Shown: in pieces, positions 62,233 to 64,000 of the stretch | Layout: each line of letters begins with the position of its first letter | Position numbering within the stretch: position 1 is the stretch's first letter | Origin: Acidobacteriota bacterium | GTDB taxonomy: Bacteria > Acidobacteriota > UBA890 > WLXD01 | Direction: 5' to 3' | Assembly (NCBI GenBank): GCA_965248695.1 | Contig: CBDFKD010000002.1 | Coordinates: 4,032,001 to 4,096,000 of the forward strand | Length of the DNA: 64,000 nucleotides | Position numbers and translations under genes: made by a program | Notes under the pieces: generated by a model | The model's input: the letters and a program-made list of their open reading frames with translations, nothing else | What the model was told of the DNA's origin: nothing | The model's database searches: none

Positions 62233-63117
62233 ATGCTCGGCTCCCGCGCTGTGGAGTTGGCTGCGGCGGCCGCCCGCGATGTCGGGCTTAGCTCCGAAGG
62301 GGCGGCTATCCACCGGCGCCTCACATCGGTTCACGTGGAGTTGCCCGCTGCCGGGGTGATGGCACGCGTGGAGCCTGGGGACGCGCTCGCCGTTGCGCAG
62401 CGGCAGGTAGAGGTGGCGCGGTTTCTGGCGACGAAGGCCGTGCGCACGGCACGCCTGGTCGCTCCGGACCGGCAGCCGCTAATCTACCCCGACGGCATCG
62501 TTACGCTCTGGAAGTCGGTGGTCATTGTCGAGCGCCGGCCCGCGCCGGCCCTTCTCGGGCGGCTCGCCAGGCGGCTTCACGAGGTCTCGGCCGGCGGGAT
62601 TCCTGACGAGATTCCGGATCTCGATCCCTTTTTTCCGGTTCGTCGCTTGCTTGATCGACTCGGCCCGGGAATGCCACCCGAGAGAATCGGGAAGCTCCGG
62701 GACGAGCTCGATCGACTCACCCGATCCTGGCAGGAGACGATTGCCAATGACCCGCTGGGCACGGTGGTCGTTCATGGCGACTTCCACAAAGACAACGTTG
62801 TCGTGACACCCCACGGCCTCACCCTCCTGGACCTTGAGGATGCGGGTAGGGGACCCGCCAGCTGGGACCTGGTGCCACACCTGGTCGGCGCACGCCGGTA
62901 TGGCACGCCGCCCGCAGAGTGCCGGTCCTTCTGCGAGGGCTACGGCGCCGATCCCCTGACCTGGGATGGCACTGAGGTTCTGTGTCGTGTCTACGAGTTC
63001 CACCTGACCTGCTGGGCGGTCTCTCTCCGGCACACCTCGCCAGAGATGGCCGCGGAAGCCGAAGTGCGCCTCTCCAGTTTCCTCGGCAGCACCGATCGGC
63101 GATGGTCCCTCCGCTAA
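62233..63117 (+). CDS. APH/choline-kinase-family phosphotransferase
   Basis: HGDFHKDNV, LLDLE and WDL motifs. Confidence 0.85.
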   Translation: MLGSRAVELAAAAARDVGLSSEGAAIHRRLTSVHVELPAAGVMARVEPGDALAVAQRQVEVARFLATKAVRTARLVAPDRQPLIYPDGIVTLWKSVVIVERRPAPALLGRLARRLHEVSAGGIPDEIPDLDPFFPVRRLLDRLGPGMPPERIGKLRDELDRLTRSWQETIANDPLGTVVVHGDFHKDNVVVTPHGLTLLDLEDAGRGPASWDLVPHLVGARRYGTPPAECRSFCEGYGADPLTWDGTEVLCRVYEFHLTCWAVSLRHTSPEMAAEAEVRLSSFLGSTDRRWSLR

Positions 63118-63485
63118 CAGGTGGTGGTCAAAGTGCCGCATCCGATCCGCGCTGCCGCGGGCGCGAGGCCGCGCGCGCCGAGGCCGTCGTGTGCCGTCTC
63201 GTAGAGCGCTCTTCGCCTTACGGCACCCGCTTCGCCTTCGATGAAAACGGGGCCTCGGTAGTTCTCGGTGGTGTGGACTAACGCGTCCGAATCGGCGTAC
63301 CGGAGGAGGGTTCGCCGCAGAGAGCGTCCGTTACAACCAAGCCTCCCACCGCCAACGCCCGCGGCGTCGAAGGCCGTGCCCAACGCCCCGGCGAGCTCGA
63401 GGCCGGTCGAGTTTTCTGCCACCTGCTGCCTCAGGGACTTCCTCGACGCTGCTTCCGGGAAGAAGACGTAGCGCCCAACAGATGA

Positions 63486-63788
63486 CTACGAGAGCGCCTC
63501 GTCCAGTATCTCGAGGGCTAGCGGCCAGTTCTCCTTGTGCCCGTCGCGGGACTTCTCGGAGACGAAACCCGAATGGGTCAATCTGACTTCTGTCGCCGCA
63601 TCTTTGGGAACCAGCTCAATCCGAATGACGGTCTCGGCTCCTTCTGTTCCCTCGGCGGTTCCATTGCCCGTCATCCACGTCATTTCGATGAGCTGGTTCT
63701 CTTTCACGTCGAGGAATCGGCCGTAGTGGGGGTGTCGGCCCCATTCGTCCCGGTTGTAGAAGAAGTATGGCCGCCCCGGCTCCGGCAC
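63486..63788 (-). pseudogene. SRPBCC/AHSA1 protein, 5'-truncated by IS3
   Basis: ETVIRIEL..TEVRLTHSGF..H..NW; abuts the IRL at 63789. Confidence 0.75.
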
Positions 63789-64000
63789 TGACCTGACCCC
63801 CGAAAACGGATCCGGATGTAATCTCACGATCTGGGTCAAGAACGGGAGGTCAGAATGCCGAGTAAGAGGCACAGCGCCGAGCAGATCGTACGCAAGCTCC
63901 GGGAGGCTGAGGTGGAGCTGGCTCGAGGGGCGACGGTCAAGGATGCCTGCCGCAAGCTAGCAATCACCGAGCACACCTACTACCGGTGGCGGCGAGAGTA
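63789..64000 (+). mobile_element. IS3 copy B (partial), same sequence as copy A
   Basis: Matches 60775-60986. Confidence 0.95.

Noticed and set aside
63114-63470. ORFs between the APH and SRPBCC genes
   Set aside because: No recognisable family or clear start; possibly another gene stub.
62035-63788. GTG/CAC inverted flanks between IS copies A and B
   Set aside because: Only 3 bp, inverted, while the related IS here makes 4-bp direct duplications; likely chance.

Overview
High-GC bacterial accessory region, probably Acidobacteriota-like (inferred from acidobacterial VWA proteins, DUF1800/DUF1501 and planctomycete-type cytochromes). It has no core housekeeping operon. It is a patchwork of about 45 one- to five-gene modules, mostly exported or periplasmic enzymes: amidohydrolases, beta-lactamase-fold serine hydrolases, PQQ and FAD dehydrogenases, an M28 peptidase and an MBL hydrolase. 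It also carries furA-katG, an amino-acid catabolic operon, and a glutamine synthetase-like/Rieske cluster broken by IS3 elements. Module junctions hold debris: clipped gene fragments (ilvA, DUF5916, SDR), two direct-repeat tRNA-Leu 3' ends (att-like), three IS3 right-end remnants, and a 181-bp CTAG-flanked MITE between an RBS and its start codon. The best candidates for something new are: (1) an exported cytochrome c/copper-monooxygenase fusion paired twice, in opposite gene order, with the same uncharacterised partner protein; (2) IS3 subterminal fragments that may survive as portable promoters; (3) a tandem island array at tRNA-Leu. All family assignments come from motif recognition by eye, not database searches.
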